This document shows, piece by piece, positions 49,420-58,337 of a DNA stretch of 64,000 nucleotides. The notes below the pieces were generated by a model that saw only the letters and a list, made by a program, of their open reading frames with translations, did not search any database and was not told the origin of the DNA. The stretch comes from Nanobdellota archaeon (lineage in GTDB: Archaea; Nanobdellota; Nanobdellia; Pacearchaeales; GW2011-AR1). Made by a program: the position numbers and the translations under genes. Position 1 is the first letter of the stretch, and each line of letters begins with the position of its first letter. Location of the stretch: NCBI GenBank assembly GCA_038045705.1, contig JBBSXO010000002.1, positions 25,557-89,556 of the forward strand, given 5' to 3'.

Positions 49420-49624
49420 ATTATAATCGTTATAATAATTATAATGGCTATAATATATAAATCTTCGTATTTCAATATAGTTTGTGTTGGTGAATGTGTA
49501 TCAAGTTCGGACAGTACATAATTAATCTAATTTAATGAAATGTTTAGTCAATTATATAGTCTCCAAAAGTCAACTCCACTCGTAAAACTAACATCTTTAT
49601 TAATCTCATAAGCATAAACAAAAT

Positions 49625-50106
49625 ATGAATAAATTCATAGGTTATGGGAGCTTATTAAGCCATTCTTCATTAAAAGAAACAATAAAAGACAAAAAATTTA
49701 CTCCGATAATTGTTAAAGGTTACAAAAGAATATTCAATCTAAAAATAAGAAATAATGGAAAAACAGATATTCTAAATCTAATAAAAGATAAAAGAGCTCG
49801 TTCAATAGAGTCTTGTTCAAAATAAACAAAAAAGAATTGATAAAAATAAAAAAAAGAGAAGATGAGTATAGTTTAGAAGAAGTAGAAGTCTATGATTTTA
49901 AAACAGAGAAAAGACTAGGAAATGGACTAGTTGCAATAGATTACCTAGTAAATTTAGATAACACTAGAAAGAAGCCAAATAAACATTATTTAGAGTTATG
50001 CAGGAAATCAGCATATAAAATAGGTAAAGAATTTGGAAAAGTCTGGGATGAAACAACATACACTTCAAATGGTAAGAAAATTAGTGATTGGTTAAAGAGA
50101 AGATAA
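49625..50106 (+). pseudogene. Gamma-glutamylcyclotransferase-like gene split by a frameshift near 49795
   Basis: FIGYGSLL...VKGYKRIFN in frame 1; FNRVLFKI...KRE..Y continues in another frame. Confidence 0.65.
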
Positions 50107-50115
50107 AATACTTTT

Positions 50116-50412
50116 TTAGAGAGATCCAAGCATCTTAAACATACCATCTAGACATTTACGACTACCTTCAATAGCATTTCTTCTTGTATAAAATAGTGCC
50201 TTTGAATCTCCAATAAAACTAACTCTGTCTTCATTAAAAAACCATAACTTATATCCATGTCTCTTAGATCCATTCATAAATTCATATAAAGTGACTCTAA
50301 AAAAACTATTTTCTAGTAATTGTCCATTTGTTACTGTTTCATTATCCTCACCCATCTGAATATATTTTCCGATATTCGCATGATCTATTTCCATTCCACG
50401 ATCCATTGACAT
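50116..50412 (-). CDS. Orphan hypothetical protein
   Basis: Short ORF. Confidence 0.45.
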   Translation of the reverse strand: MSMDRGMEIDHANIGKYIQMGEDNETVTNGQLLENSFFRVTLYEFMNGSKRHGYKLWFFNEDRVSFIGDSKALFYTRRNAIEGSRKCLDGMFKMLGSL

Positions 50413-50483
50413 GACTTTAAAGTGACAGTATTTAAGGCTTTTGAATACTTCAAACTTAAATAACAAAAAACATTAACTAAAAC

Positions 50484-51065
50484 ATGGATTTCCAAAAAAA
50501 GTTGCGCGTTTTAGATCCAGCAGTAAAAAAGAACATTACAAAATTAATCAAAGAAATAGAAAAAAATATAGACTACTTATATGAAATAGCAACAATAGAT
50601 GAAAAAACAGGTGTATATAACAATAAATTTTTTAAAACAATTTCAGAAATGGAATTAGACAAGACAAAAAGAGGAATCGGTCCATTAAGCCTTTTAATAA
50701 TAGACTTGGATAATTTCAAAAAGTTAAATGATAAATATGGACATTTAATAGGAGACAAGATATTACATCGTTTAGGTTTTGTATTAAAAGAGAATACAAG
50801 AAAATATGATATTGTATCTCGATTTGGAGGAGAAGAATTTATTATCCTTCTTCCAAATACAACCTTAAAGAGAGCAAAGGTAGTATGCGAACGTTTAAGA
50901 AAAAAAGTTCAAGATGACTCTGAAATGAGTAAATACTCTGTAACTATGTCAGGAGGCTTAACTGAATATAGAAAAGGAGATAGTGTAAAAAGAATGCAAA
51001 TTAGAGCAGATAAAGCAGTTTACAAAGCAAAAATATTAGGAAAAAACAGATTAGAGATATTATAG
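50484..51065 (+). CDS. GGDEF-domain diguanylate cyclase
   Basis: DEKTGVYN, IDLDNFKKLNDKYGHLIGD, RKYD I-site, SRFGGEEF, AD..VY.AK..GKNR. Confidence 0.92.
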   Translation: MDFQKKLRVLDPAVKKNITKLIKEIEKNIDYLYEIATIDEKTGVYNNKFFKTISEMELDKTKRGIGPLSLLIIDLDNFKKLNDKYGHLIGDKILHRLGFVLKENTRKYDIVSRFGGEEFIILLPNTTLKRAKVVCERLRKKVQDDSEMSKYSVTMSGGLTEYRKGDSVKRMQIRADKAVYKAKILGKNRLEIL

Positions 51066-51494
51066 AGAACTATGTTGTATTCTTGATTTAACCCCAAGAC
51101 CGAAAAAAGAAAGTCCTAAAACCAGTCCTAAAATTCCAAGAAAACCAGTAGTAGAAGTATTAGATCTACAATCAACATATTTTTGAACTTTAGGATTTAA
51201 AAATAGTAAATGTTCTCTTTGACGCTCCAAATCATCTTCATGTCGAAGAAGATAACCCTTAACATTTTCTATATCTCCAGAATATGAATCTAATTTACTC
51301 AAGGCAAGTCTAGCTTCTCTAAAATCATTTATATCATAAGTTAGACCATCATAACTATCAATCGTCTGTCTTAATCCTGGTTCTTCACTAAGAAAGTATC
51401 TGTTAGCACTATTAAATACAACTGGAGAAGATCCAAAAACAAGAAAAGAAACGCCAAGAACATCAAAAGTAACACTTTTTTTCTTATTATCCAT
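51060..51494 (-). CDS. Orphan two-TM protein
   Basis: TM-coil-TM. Confidence 0.5.
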   Translation of the reverse strand: MDNKKKSVTFDVLGVSFLVFGSSPVVFNSANRYFLSEEPGLRQTIDSYDGLTYDINDFREARLALSKLDSYSGDIENVKGYLLRHEDDLERQREHLLFLNPKVQKYVDCRSNTSTTGFLGILGLVLGLSFFGLGVKSRIQHSSL

Positions 51495-51516
51495 TTAAAA
51501 AAAACCAATATCTAAC

Positions 51517-52377
51517 TTATAAAGATTTGTATTTATTTTCAATAAAATCTAAAATTTCTTTATGGACCAAATAAGCATATTTATCAATCAAAAACATATG
51601 ATAAGATTCAGGAATTGTTATAATTTTCTTATATTTGGAAGCAGATTTTGAGATAATATAATTTGAGCTTTCAGGATCAACAAGATGATCTTTATCAACC
51701 TGCATAACAAGAAGCGGTTTTTTTATTTTAGGAAGAGATTTTTTAGTCAAAGACAATAGTTTTAACAATTGAGAGAGGCTTCTTAGAGGCATCGACTGAT
51801 AAGACCAAGCTTTTTCAGTCATCAATTTCTTAGCAAAGGGAGTTTTATATTTCTTAGCCTGAAATAGTTTTATTCTTCTAAGGATTGGAAAGAAGACAAA
51901 ACGTCTCACTTTATCTCTTCTAAAGAACATTGGTGTACCAAGAGTAACCACACCTTTAATTTTTGGAGAATATTGAGCACATATAAGAGCAAGATTGCCT
52001 CCAAAAGAGTTTCCAATTAGATAAATTTCATTATAATCTTGCGCAAGCATTGAAATCTGCTCTTCAACAGATTCAACCCAATGGTAATAAGACATAACAG
52101 CAAGCCTTTCTGGGCTTGTCCCATGACCTGGAAGCAAAGGAGCATAAGAACTCATACCATTTTTAGCAAGATAATTTGAAAGATCTCTAAATTCTTTAGG
52201 GCTACTTGTAAAACCATGCAATAACAAAGCAACCTTCTGACCAGGAACTTTTTTAAAAAATGGTTTTGCCTCTGAAACAATAGGCACTGGACCTCTAACA
52301 CGACGTTTAATTAAAAAGAAGCGAATTCCTTGAAAAGCTCTAAGTAAAGCAAGTAAACCTACAATATATTCCCACAT
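51517..52377 (-). CDS. Alpha/beta hydrolase (carboxylesterase-like), membrane anchored
   Basis: LLHGFTSSP, PGHGT, GNSFGG, DHLV, SYH. Confidence 0.88.
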   Translation of the reverse strand: MWEYIVGLLALLRAFQGIRFFLIKRRVRGPVPIVSEAKPFFKKVPGQKVALLLHGFTSSPKEFRDLSNYLAKNGMSSYAPLLPGHGTSPERLAVMSYYHWVESVEEQISMLAQDYNEIYLIGNSFGGNLALICAQYSPKIKGVVTLGTPMFFRRDKVRRFVFFPILRRIKLFQAKKYKTPFAKKLMTEKAWSYQSMPLRSLSQLLKLLSLTKKSLPKIKKPLLVMQVDKDHLVDPESSNYIISKSASKYKKIITIPESYHMFLIDKYAYLVHKEILDFIENKYKSL

Positions 52378-52436
52378 ATAATTAATAAATTCAATGGATA
52401 TATAAACCAAGTTTTCTAATAAAATATATGAGAAAG

Positions 52437-52613
52437 ATGGCAAAAAAAGCAGAAAAAAAGACCATTAAAAAGACACACCCTAAAATAATCTTAACAGCTC
52501 TAGCAGCATTAGCATTTGTAATTTTAGCTTTTTGGAACTGGCTATTTATTTTTCCAGCAGTGTTTTTATGGTGGATAAATAAAAAAGAAATAAAGAAACA
52601 CTTTGGAGTCTAA
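52437..52613 (+). CDS. Small membrane protein
   Basis: Basic N-terminus plus hydrophobic hairpin. Confidence 0.5.
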   Translation: MAKKAEKKTIKKTHPKIILTALAALAFVILAFWNWLFIFPAVFLWWINKKEIKKHFGV

Positions 52614-52614
52614 A

Positions 52615-52839
52615 ATGAAGCTAGGAAGATATAAGCATTACAAAGGAAACTTCTATGAAGTCATAGCCTTAGCAAAACACAGCGAGACATTAGAAGAACT
52701 AGTCGTTTACAAAGCATTATATGACTCAAAAGATTTCGGAAATAATGCTGTGTGGGTAAGACCAATAAAAATGTTTGAAGAAAGTCTAGATTTTGAAGGT
52801 AAAATTGTAAAAAGATTTACTTTTATAGAATCATCTTAA
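52615..52839 (+). CDS. DUF1653-domain protein
   Basis: GRYKHYKGN.YEV...AKHSET.E.LVVY.ALY....WVRP..MF. Confidence 0.9.
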   Translation: MKLGRYKHYKGNFYEVIALAKHSETLEELVVYKALYDSKDFGNNAVWVRPIKMFEESLDFEGKIVKRFTFIESS

Positions 52840-52840
52840 T

Positions 52841-54445
52841 TTAATCCATTCCATCATAAGCATTAGGTCTACTCATAGAATTAACTTTGGATCCAGAAGA
52901 AGCCAATACATCATCTATTCTCAAAATCATTGTAGCAACTTCAGATGAAGAAGCAACAGCAAGTAATTTTACTCGAACAGGTTCGACAATTCCTGCAGCA
53001 AGACAATCTTCAACTCGATTTACAAATAAGTTTATCCCATCTCTAGAAGCACCAGACTCATGCCTCTGTTTAAGTTCAGTCATTATATTTACTGGATCTA
53101 ATCCAGCATTTTCAGCAAGGGTTTCAGGAACATATTCCATAGCACTAGCAAATTCTTCAACTGCAAGTTGCTCTCTACCCCCAAGAGTCTTAGCGTACTG
53201 CCTAAGTCTCTTAGCAAGCTCCATCTCCACTGCTCCGCCTCCAGAAACAACTCTCCCATCCTTTACAGCAGAAGAAACATCTCCAAGACCATCCTTCACA
53301 GCTCTCTCAACCTCGTCCAAAACATGATCTGTGCTCCCACATAATAAAATAGTAACTGCTTTTGGATTTTTACATTCACGAACATAAGTCATCGTATTAT
53401 CTCCTTTCTTAATCTGCTCAACAATCATCGCAAAACCGAGATCTTCTTTACGTATTTCTTGCAAACTAGACACAATTCTCCCAGAAGTTGCCATAGATAA
53501 TTTTTCCATATCGGACTTTGCAACTCTTCTATAAGCCATTATTCCAGCCTTAGATAAAAAATATTGAGCCACATCATCAATACCTTTCTGACAAAAGACT
53601 ACTTTAGCACTAGAATTAATTATCTTAGAAGTCATATCCCTTAAAGCAAGTTCTTCAGAAGCAATAAATTGCTGAAGTTGTTCTGGAGTAGAAACTGAAA
53701 TTTTTGTTTCAGTTTCAGGACTTCTCAATTCCAATGGAAAGTCAATCATTAAAATAGAAGCATTCTCAATTCTGCGAGGCATAAATTCATTAGCAACCTC
53801 TTTATCTAAAACAATTCCATTAATTAATTCGCTGTCTTCAATAGAGCTTCCTTTCTGCTTTACAATCTTAATAAAATCCATATTAATATCTTTACCAGAA
53901 GCAATCTGATCAACTCCTGTAACAATTAAATCTGCTAAATGCTCTCGATTACTTTCAGCACCTTTTCCAGTCATTGCAGTCATTGCTATTTGCTTCAAAA
54001 TATGTCTATCACTAACTGGAACTGAAATCTCATTCAAAATAGATTTAGCTTTATCAGCAGCCAATCTATAACCTTTAATTATCACAGTAGGATGTATCTT
54101 TTTATCAAGTAACTTCTCAGCGTTCTCAAGCAGTCTACCAGCAAGCATCACAACAGTAGTTGTCCCATCTCCAACCTCATTTTCTTGAGTCTTAGCTATC
54201 TCCGCAATCATTTTAGCTGCAGGATGATCTAATTGTATCTCTTCAAGTATTGTAACTCCATCATTAGTAACAATAATATTCCCAGCAGAATCAACTAACA
54301 TTTTATCCATTCCCTTTGGTCCAAGAGTAGTTTTAACAATATCAGCAATTATTTTAGCGGCGAGTATGTTATTGCGTTGAGCATCTTTTCCAAGAGTTCT
54401 AGAGACATTTTCAGGAAGAATATATACTGGTTGTTTATCAGCCAT
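52841..54445 (-). CDS. thsA: Thermosome (group II chaperonin) subunit
   Basis: [44 protein letters not shown]. Confidence 0.96.
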   Translation of the reverse strand: MADKQPVYILPENVSRTLGKDAQRNNILAAKIIADIVKTTLGPKGMDKMLVDSAGNIIVTNDGVTILEEIQLDHPAAKMIAEIAKTQENEVGDGTTTVVMLAGRLLENAEKLLDKKIHPTVIIKGYRLAADKAKSILNEISVPVSDRHILKQIAMTAMTGKGAESNREHLADLIVTGVDQIASGKDINMDFIKIVKQKGSSIEDSELINGIVLDKEVANEFMPRRIENASILMIDFPLELRSPETETKISVSTPEQLQQFIASEELALRDMTSKIINSSAKVVFCQKGIDDVAQYFLSKAGIMAYRRVAKSDMEKLSMATSGRIVSSLQEIRKEDLGFAMIVEQIKKGDNTMTYVRECKNPKAVTILLCGSTDHVLDEVERAVKDGLGDVSSAVKDGRVVSGGGAVEMELAKRLRQYAKTLGGREQLAVEEFASAMEYVPETLAENAGLDPVNIMTELKQRHESGASRDGINLFVNRVEDCLAAGIVEPVRVKLLAVASSSEVATMILRIDDVLASSGSKVNSMSRPNAYDGMD

Positions 54446-54500
54446 GTTAAACTCCTTCAAGTATATGTTTTAAAGATTATTGTGATATCAAAGTGTCTGA

Positions 54501-54600
54501 AAACCACACCCTTTAGGGTGTGAACACTTTGAGCATCCAAAAATCGAGCACCAATCAAACCACACACTTTAGTGTGTGGTGGTGCATCGATTTTTTGATT
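54501..54600. mobile_element. IS200/IS605-type palindromic mini-element (MITE/PATE-like)
   Basis: CACACCC-TTTA-GGGTGTG and ACCACACAC-TTTA-GTGTGTGGT hairpins, the second nested in an AAAAATCGA.GCACC/GGTGC.TCGATTTTT stem; no transposase. Confidence 0.6.
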
Positions 54601-54678
54601 TTCAAGCAACCCAAAGTCCAAGATGGAAAGATTTATAGGCAAGAAAACTCTTTAAACTCAACATTTTTAAGAGAGATT

Positions 54679-54888
54679 ATGGATAATAGTAGACAAGAAA
54701 CAATAGCAGTTTATGAAAGAGGTTTAAATAGAGATTTAACGATATTAAAAGAACTACCATCATGGCATGCCGAAGTAAGGATTCAAAGAGCAAGATATTT
54801 TATAGGTTTAGATGGTATTAAAGAAACTGATCAAGATGCAAGAAGACTATATGAAACCATAAAAAAAATAGAACTAGGGCAGTTATAA
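54679..54888 (+). CDS. Orphan hypothetical protein
   Basis: ATG 54679 with TTTAAA upstream. Confidence 0.4.
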   Translation: MDNSRQETIAVYERGLNRDLTILKELPSWHAEVRIQRARYFIGLDGIKETDQDARRLYETIKKIELGQL

Positions 54889-54946
54889 GGTTGAGAGAAT
54901 CGCCAATAAAAGTTAATTTTAAATATCATAATAGTCAATTAAACAC

Positions 54947-55315
54947 ATGAAAAGAACATTCTGGATAGGTCTAGCAGTTATAGGTCTAGTAGTTTTAATA
55001 ATTTATTTAACATCTTCGAAATCAAGTCAATACGATGAATTCACTCAATGCGTCACAGACAGTGGTACAAAAATGTATGGAGCATATTGGTGTCCTCACT
55101 GTCAGGCTCAAAAGAAGCTATTTGGAAGCAGTTGGGATTTAGTTAACTATGTTGAATGTGCAACCCCTGGAAGTAATCAACAAACAACAGCTTGTAATAC
55201 TGCAGGAATAAAAAGCTATCCAACATGGGTGTTTGCAGACGGCAAGTCAATTTCAGGAGAACTTTCATTGCAACAATTAAGCACCTTCACAAGCTGTGAG
55301 TTACCAGCAGAGTAA
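54947..55315 (+). CDS. Membrane-anchored thioredoxin-fold protein
   Basis: MYGAYWCPHC..QK.LFG, YVEC, YPTW. Confidence 0.85.
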   Translation: MKRTFWIGLAVIGLVVLIIYLTSSKSSQYDEFTQCVTDSGTKMYGAYWCPHCQAQKKLFGSSWDLVNYVECATPGSNQQTTACNTAGIKSYPTWVFADGKSISGELSLQQLSTFTSCELPAE

Positions 55316-55354
55316 AAAATAATTTTATAAACTAAGAATTTTCTTATCCCATAA

Positions 55355-55425
55355 GGGCTTATGGTTCAATGGTAGAATGTTCGGCTGGCAGTCGAAAGAT
55401 TCGAGTTCGATTCTCGATAGGTCCA
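55355..55425 (+). tRNA. tRNA-Ala(GGC), intronless
   Basis: GGGCTTA/TAGGTCC acceptor with G3:U70, TTCGG-CTGGCAG-TCGAA, TCGAG-TTCGATT-CTCGA. Confidence 0.92.
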
Positions 55426-55471
55426 AATTTCTTATAGGAAGGTTTAAAATTCAGTTTTACATAATTGATTT

Positions 55472-55666
55472 ATGGTTAAGAAAGAATATAGTCAAGAAGG
55501 ACATCTTTGGGACCTTATTTCCTCATTAGTTCTTATAATTGCATTCGCCCTTGTATCTATATCTGAATACATAGAAGAAAGAATTTTTAGTGCAATAGCC
55601 TTTGCAGTTATATCCATAATCTATTTAGTCCATTTTATTATAATCAATAAAAATAGAAAGAGTTAA
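55472..55666 (+). CDS. Small two-TM protein inside tRNA-Ala mini-island
   Basis: Two hydrophobic helices; own TTTAAA box. Confidence 0.55.
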   Translation: MVKKEYSQEGHLWDLISSLVLIIAFALVSISEYIEERIFSAIAFAVISIIYLVHFIIINKNRKS

Positions 55667-55689
55667 CTGTATATGTTTTTATACAGTCG

Positions 55690-55700
55690 CGATAGGTCCA
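55690..55700 (+). repeat. Direct repeat of tRNA-Ala 3' end (attR-like)
   Basis: CGATAGGTCCA identical to 55415..55425. Confidence 0.7.
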
Positions 55701-55701
55701 T

Positions 55702-55890
55702 CTATCTCTTAATATTATCTGCAAACTGTTCACGAATAACAAAACTGTCTAAAACGTCTGATGCAAAATCATCCCTCTTATAATTTAAAGCCTTCAATCC
55801 TCTTAAACAATTTTCTCTCCAATCATGTTCATCCGTAGAAAAATATTCAGGCAATGATCTGTAAATTCTACTCTGTGTTCTAGTGGACAT
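55702..55890 (-). CDS. Orphan hypothetical protein
   Basis: ATG at 55890 directly after upstream stop. Confidence 0.4.
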   Translation of the reverse strand: MSTRTQSRIYRSLPEYFSTDEHDWRENCLRGLKALNYKRDDFASDVLDSFVIREQFADNIKR

Positions 55891-55891
55891 T

Positions 55892-57262
55892 TTAATTCTC
55901 AGTTGTTTCAGCTGCAAAATGAGTCCTATTTGACAAAACATGTTCTCTCTTTCCATCATGCTCAAAAGAAACACTAGCAGCAGCAAGCTCAAAACTACCT
56001 ACAATATTTATCTTTGAATAAATTATATATGAAAACATTCTTTCTTCCCCTGCATTCATTTGAGAAATATCCCATTCTATTTTTCTAGCATGTTCATCAA
56101 TCCTATGAGGAGGAATCCCAAATTTATTAAACAATTTAGCATGCCCTGGTATCCTATCAGAAATTATTACATTTTTAATATTTCCCCTAGATTTAACTCT
56201 TAAATTAACCTTAAGTGCAAGCTCTCCACCTTTAGTTCTAACTAAAGAAACTCCTTTGTAAATAGATAGCTTCTTAGTCGCTACAAATTTGACGAACAAA
56301 CCAACCACAACAACAAGTAAAATAATTATAAATGGAAAAGTGTAATTAGTTGTTATAATCACTGTATAAGACTCTCCAACCCCTATCTCTTTCTCCCAAG
56401 AATAATCTACAAATATGCCATTACGTTCACTGGTAGTTGGTCTATCAGAATAAACTGTAAACAATCTTGTCAGTATATTTCTTCTAATCTCTATCAAAGC
56501 AACAGCAGGAACATTACCTTCATTAGATTTTGTTATATTTGTCTTTTTAACTATAAATCCACTAGTAGATTCATAAAAAGAGATACCGCTAGCTTCAAGA
56601 TACATTATAGGCAAAGTATTTGATGATTTTATATTATTAATCTCATAAATAACTTCTACTTCATAATCTCCTGCAGAAATTTTATCCTCGAGAGTTATTG
56701 GAATAGAAAAAATCTTATCTTCTTTTCTGTTTAAATCAAAAGTTTCAGAGAACTCAAAAAAATTAGATTTAACAACTATTTTCAAACCAGGAATTTCAAC
56801 ATTTTCCTTATTCTTAACTATCATTTGGACTTCAGTAGCATTCAAAGGAATGTCATCTATAGAAACCATTACAGCATCTTTAACATCAAACAATCTAATA
56901 GCTAAAGCTTCTTTGAAAAATCCAGTATTTTCCCCTTTGATTTGGTATTCAAAAGCATATATTCCTCTTTTATCCCTAAGAATCTCTCTAAAAGGAACAG
57001 CTGTAACATCAAGAATGATTGTTTCTCCATTATTTATTCTAAAAGGTTCTTTAGGATACATTCCAACGCTTACAAGAGAGTAAATTTGAAAATAATCAGA
57101 ATCGTCATTGTTAGTTATTTGTAGCTTAAAAGTAGCGTTAGTTTTGTCAAGTTCAGTAATTATTATCTCATCTTTTTCAAGAATATTAACCTCAAGATCT
57201 GCAGCACTAACAACTGAAGTTAACAAAATAATTGAGAAAAATACAAATAATCTTAAATTCAT
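55892..57262 (-). CDS. Secreted/membrane Ig-like (S-layer-associated type) protein
   Basis: Signal peptide, beta-rich domains, one TM, cytoplasmic DUF11-like domain. Confidence 0.7.
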   Translation of the reverse strand: MNLRLFVFFSIILLTSVVSAADLEVNILEKDEIIITELDKTNATFKLQITNNDDSDYFQIYSLVSVGMYPKEPFRINNGETIILDVTAVPFREILRDKRGIYAFEYQIKGENTGFFKEALAIRLFDVKDAVMVSIDDIPLNATEVQMIVKNKENVEIPGLKIVVKSNFFEFSETFDLNRKEDKIFSIPITLEDKISAGDYEVEVIYEINNIKSSNTLPIMYLEASGISFYESTSGFIVKKTNITKSNEGNVPAVALIEIRRNILTRLFTVYSDRPTTSERNGIFVDYSWEKEIGVGESYTVIITTNYTFPFIIILLVVVVGLFVKFVATKKLSIYKGVSLVRTKGGELALKVNLRVKSRGNIKNVIISDRIPGHAKLFNKFGIPPHRIDEHARKIEWDISQMNAGEERMFSYIIYSKINIVGSFELAAASVSFEHDGKREHVLSNRTHFAAETTEN

Positions 57263-57307
57263 TACTTCGTTGATGACTTTTTCTATTTAAAGATTATTAT
57301 AACTTAA

Positions 57308-57811
57308 CTACTTCTTTCCAGTTAACTCAAGAAGAGCTTTCATCTCTTCCTTGAAGTCCTGAACCACTTTTTCAACACCATCTTTCATCTGGTCAGTCCT
57401 AGATGGAATAACAAATTTATTATAAATTTCTTTAAAGAATTTTGTAGTGGCAGATTTATTCCATTCATTTTTATAGTCTTTAATCAAACTACCCTTTAAT
57501 TCTATGCCCAATTCCATAAATTTATTCATTTTCTTTTTTTTACCATCTATTTCAACTTCAACATCCTCCATGCCTAGAATTCTCCACTTAAGATCAATTT
57601 CCATCTTGAAATAATCCGTAACTTGTTTTGAAGCCTTCCAAACAACTTCAACATCTTTAGAAGAACCTTTAACCTTCTCAGTGTATTGCTCTTCAACAAT
57701 CCCAAAGCCCTCCTGTTTCATCCAATCATGAGCATAAGAATAAATATCACTAAATTTCCCATATCCAGAATACTTGATTTTCTCCTTAAGAATTACATCT
57801 TTTTCAGCCAT
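57308..57811 (-). CDS. Hypothetical protein
   Basis: 167-aa ORF with typical codon usage. Confidence 0.7.
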   Translation of the reverse strand: MAEKDVILKEKIKYSGYGKFSDIYSYAHDWMKQEGFGIVEEQYTEKVKGSSKDVEVVWKASKQVTDYFKMEIDLKWRILGMEDVEVEIDGKKKKMNKFMELGIELKGSLIKDYKNEWNKSATTKFFKEIYNKFVIPSRTDQMKDGVEKVVQDFKEEMKALLELTGKK

Positions 57812-57914
57812 GCTTTTATTAAACCTAACAAAGTTTCTATATAAACTTTGTTCTTATGATTACTAAAGATTATACTCTCCGATTAATTTTCAAAATGCTA
57901 CAAGATCAAATTCT

Positions 57915-58250
57915 CTAATTTATCCTATTAGATGGAGGGTGTGATAAATATCTTTGTAGGCGTTCTTTTGACATAAATACCACTTGAAGATCAGTAAGAT
58001 CTATTCCAATAACAGTACTGAGTGCTTCAGCATATTCACGAAAAGGTATAATCATAATTTCGTCAATTTGACGTGTTACTAATTCCAGTGGAGATATATC
58101 CGGTTTTTCCCACCAACGATCATTTTCATATCTTTGCATGACATCCATAGTACCATCTACATCTCTTTGGCAAGGATCTTCATTTCTCATCCTTTCCCTA
58201 ATATGCTTTCTTGCATAAGCTTCATCTATTTGAGGTGTTATCTTAACCAT
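57915..58250 (-). CDS. Orphan hypothetical protein
   Basis: 111-aa ORF. Confidence 0.5.
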   Translation of the reverse strand: MVKITPQIDEAYARKHIRERMRNEDPCQRDVDGTMDVMQRYENDRWWEKPDISPLELVTRQIDEIMIIPFREYAEALSTVIGIDLTDLQVVFMSKERLQRYLSHPPSNRIN

Positions 58251-58337
58251 AAAAATTCATAATTTGACCCTAATTAAACATTTGTGGTATTCTCACAATA
58301 CCATTAAATTTATATAGAAACAAGATAATAAGAAGTT

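Larger units (their letters stand above)
38081..49520. mobile_element. tRNA-Gly-anchored genomic island / cassette array rich in toxin-antitoxin modules
   Basis: Repeats of the tRNA 3' end at 39552 and 44388, shared junction repeats, TA/Fic/macro content, long intergenic gaps; right border approximate. Confidence 0.75.

Noticed and set aside
38081-49520. CRISPR array or classical integron
   Set aside because: Repeats are irregularly spaced and separated by whole genes in mixed orientation; no cas genes, no intI and no attC consensus ends recognised.
52887-53327. 146-aa + strand ORF and similar long antisense ORFs (9386, 35533, 58733, 60890)
   Set aside because: Antisense to well-supported genes.
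54457-54642. 61-aa ORF and N-terminal extension of 54520..54888
   Set aside because: Spurious translation of the palindromic mini-element.
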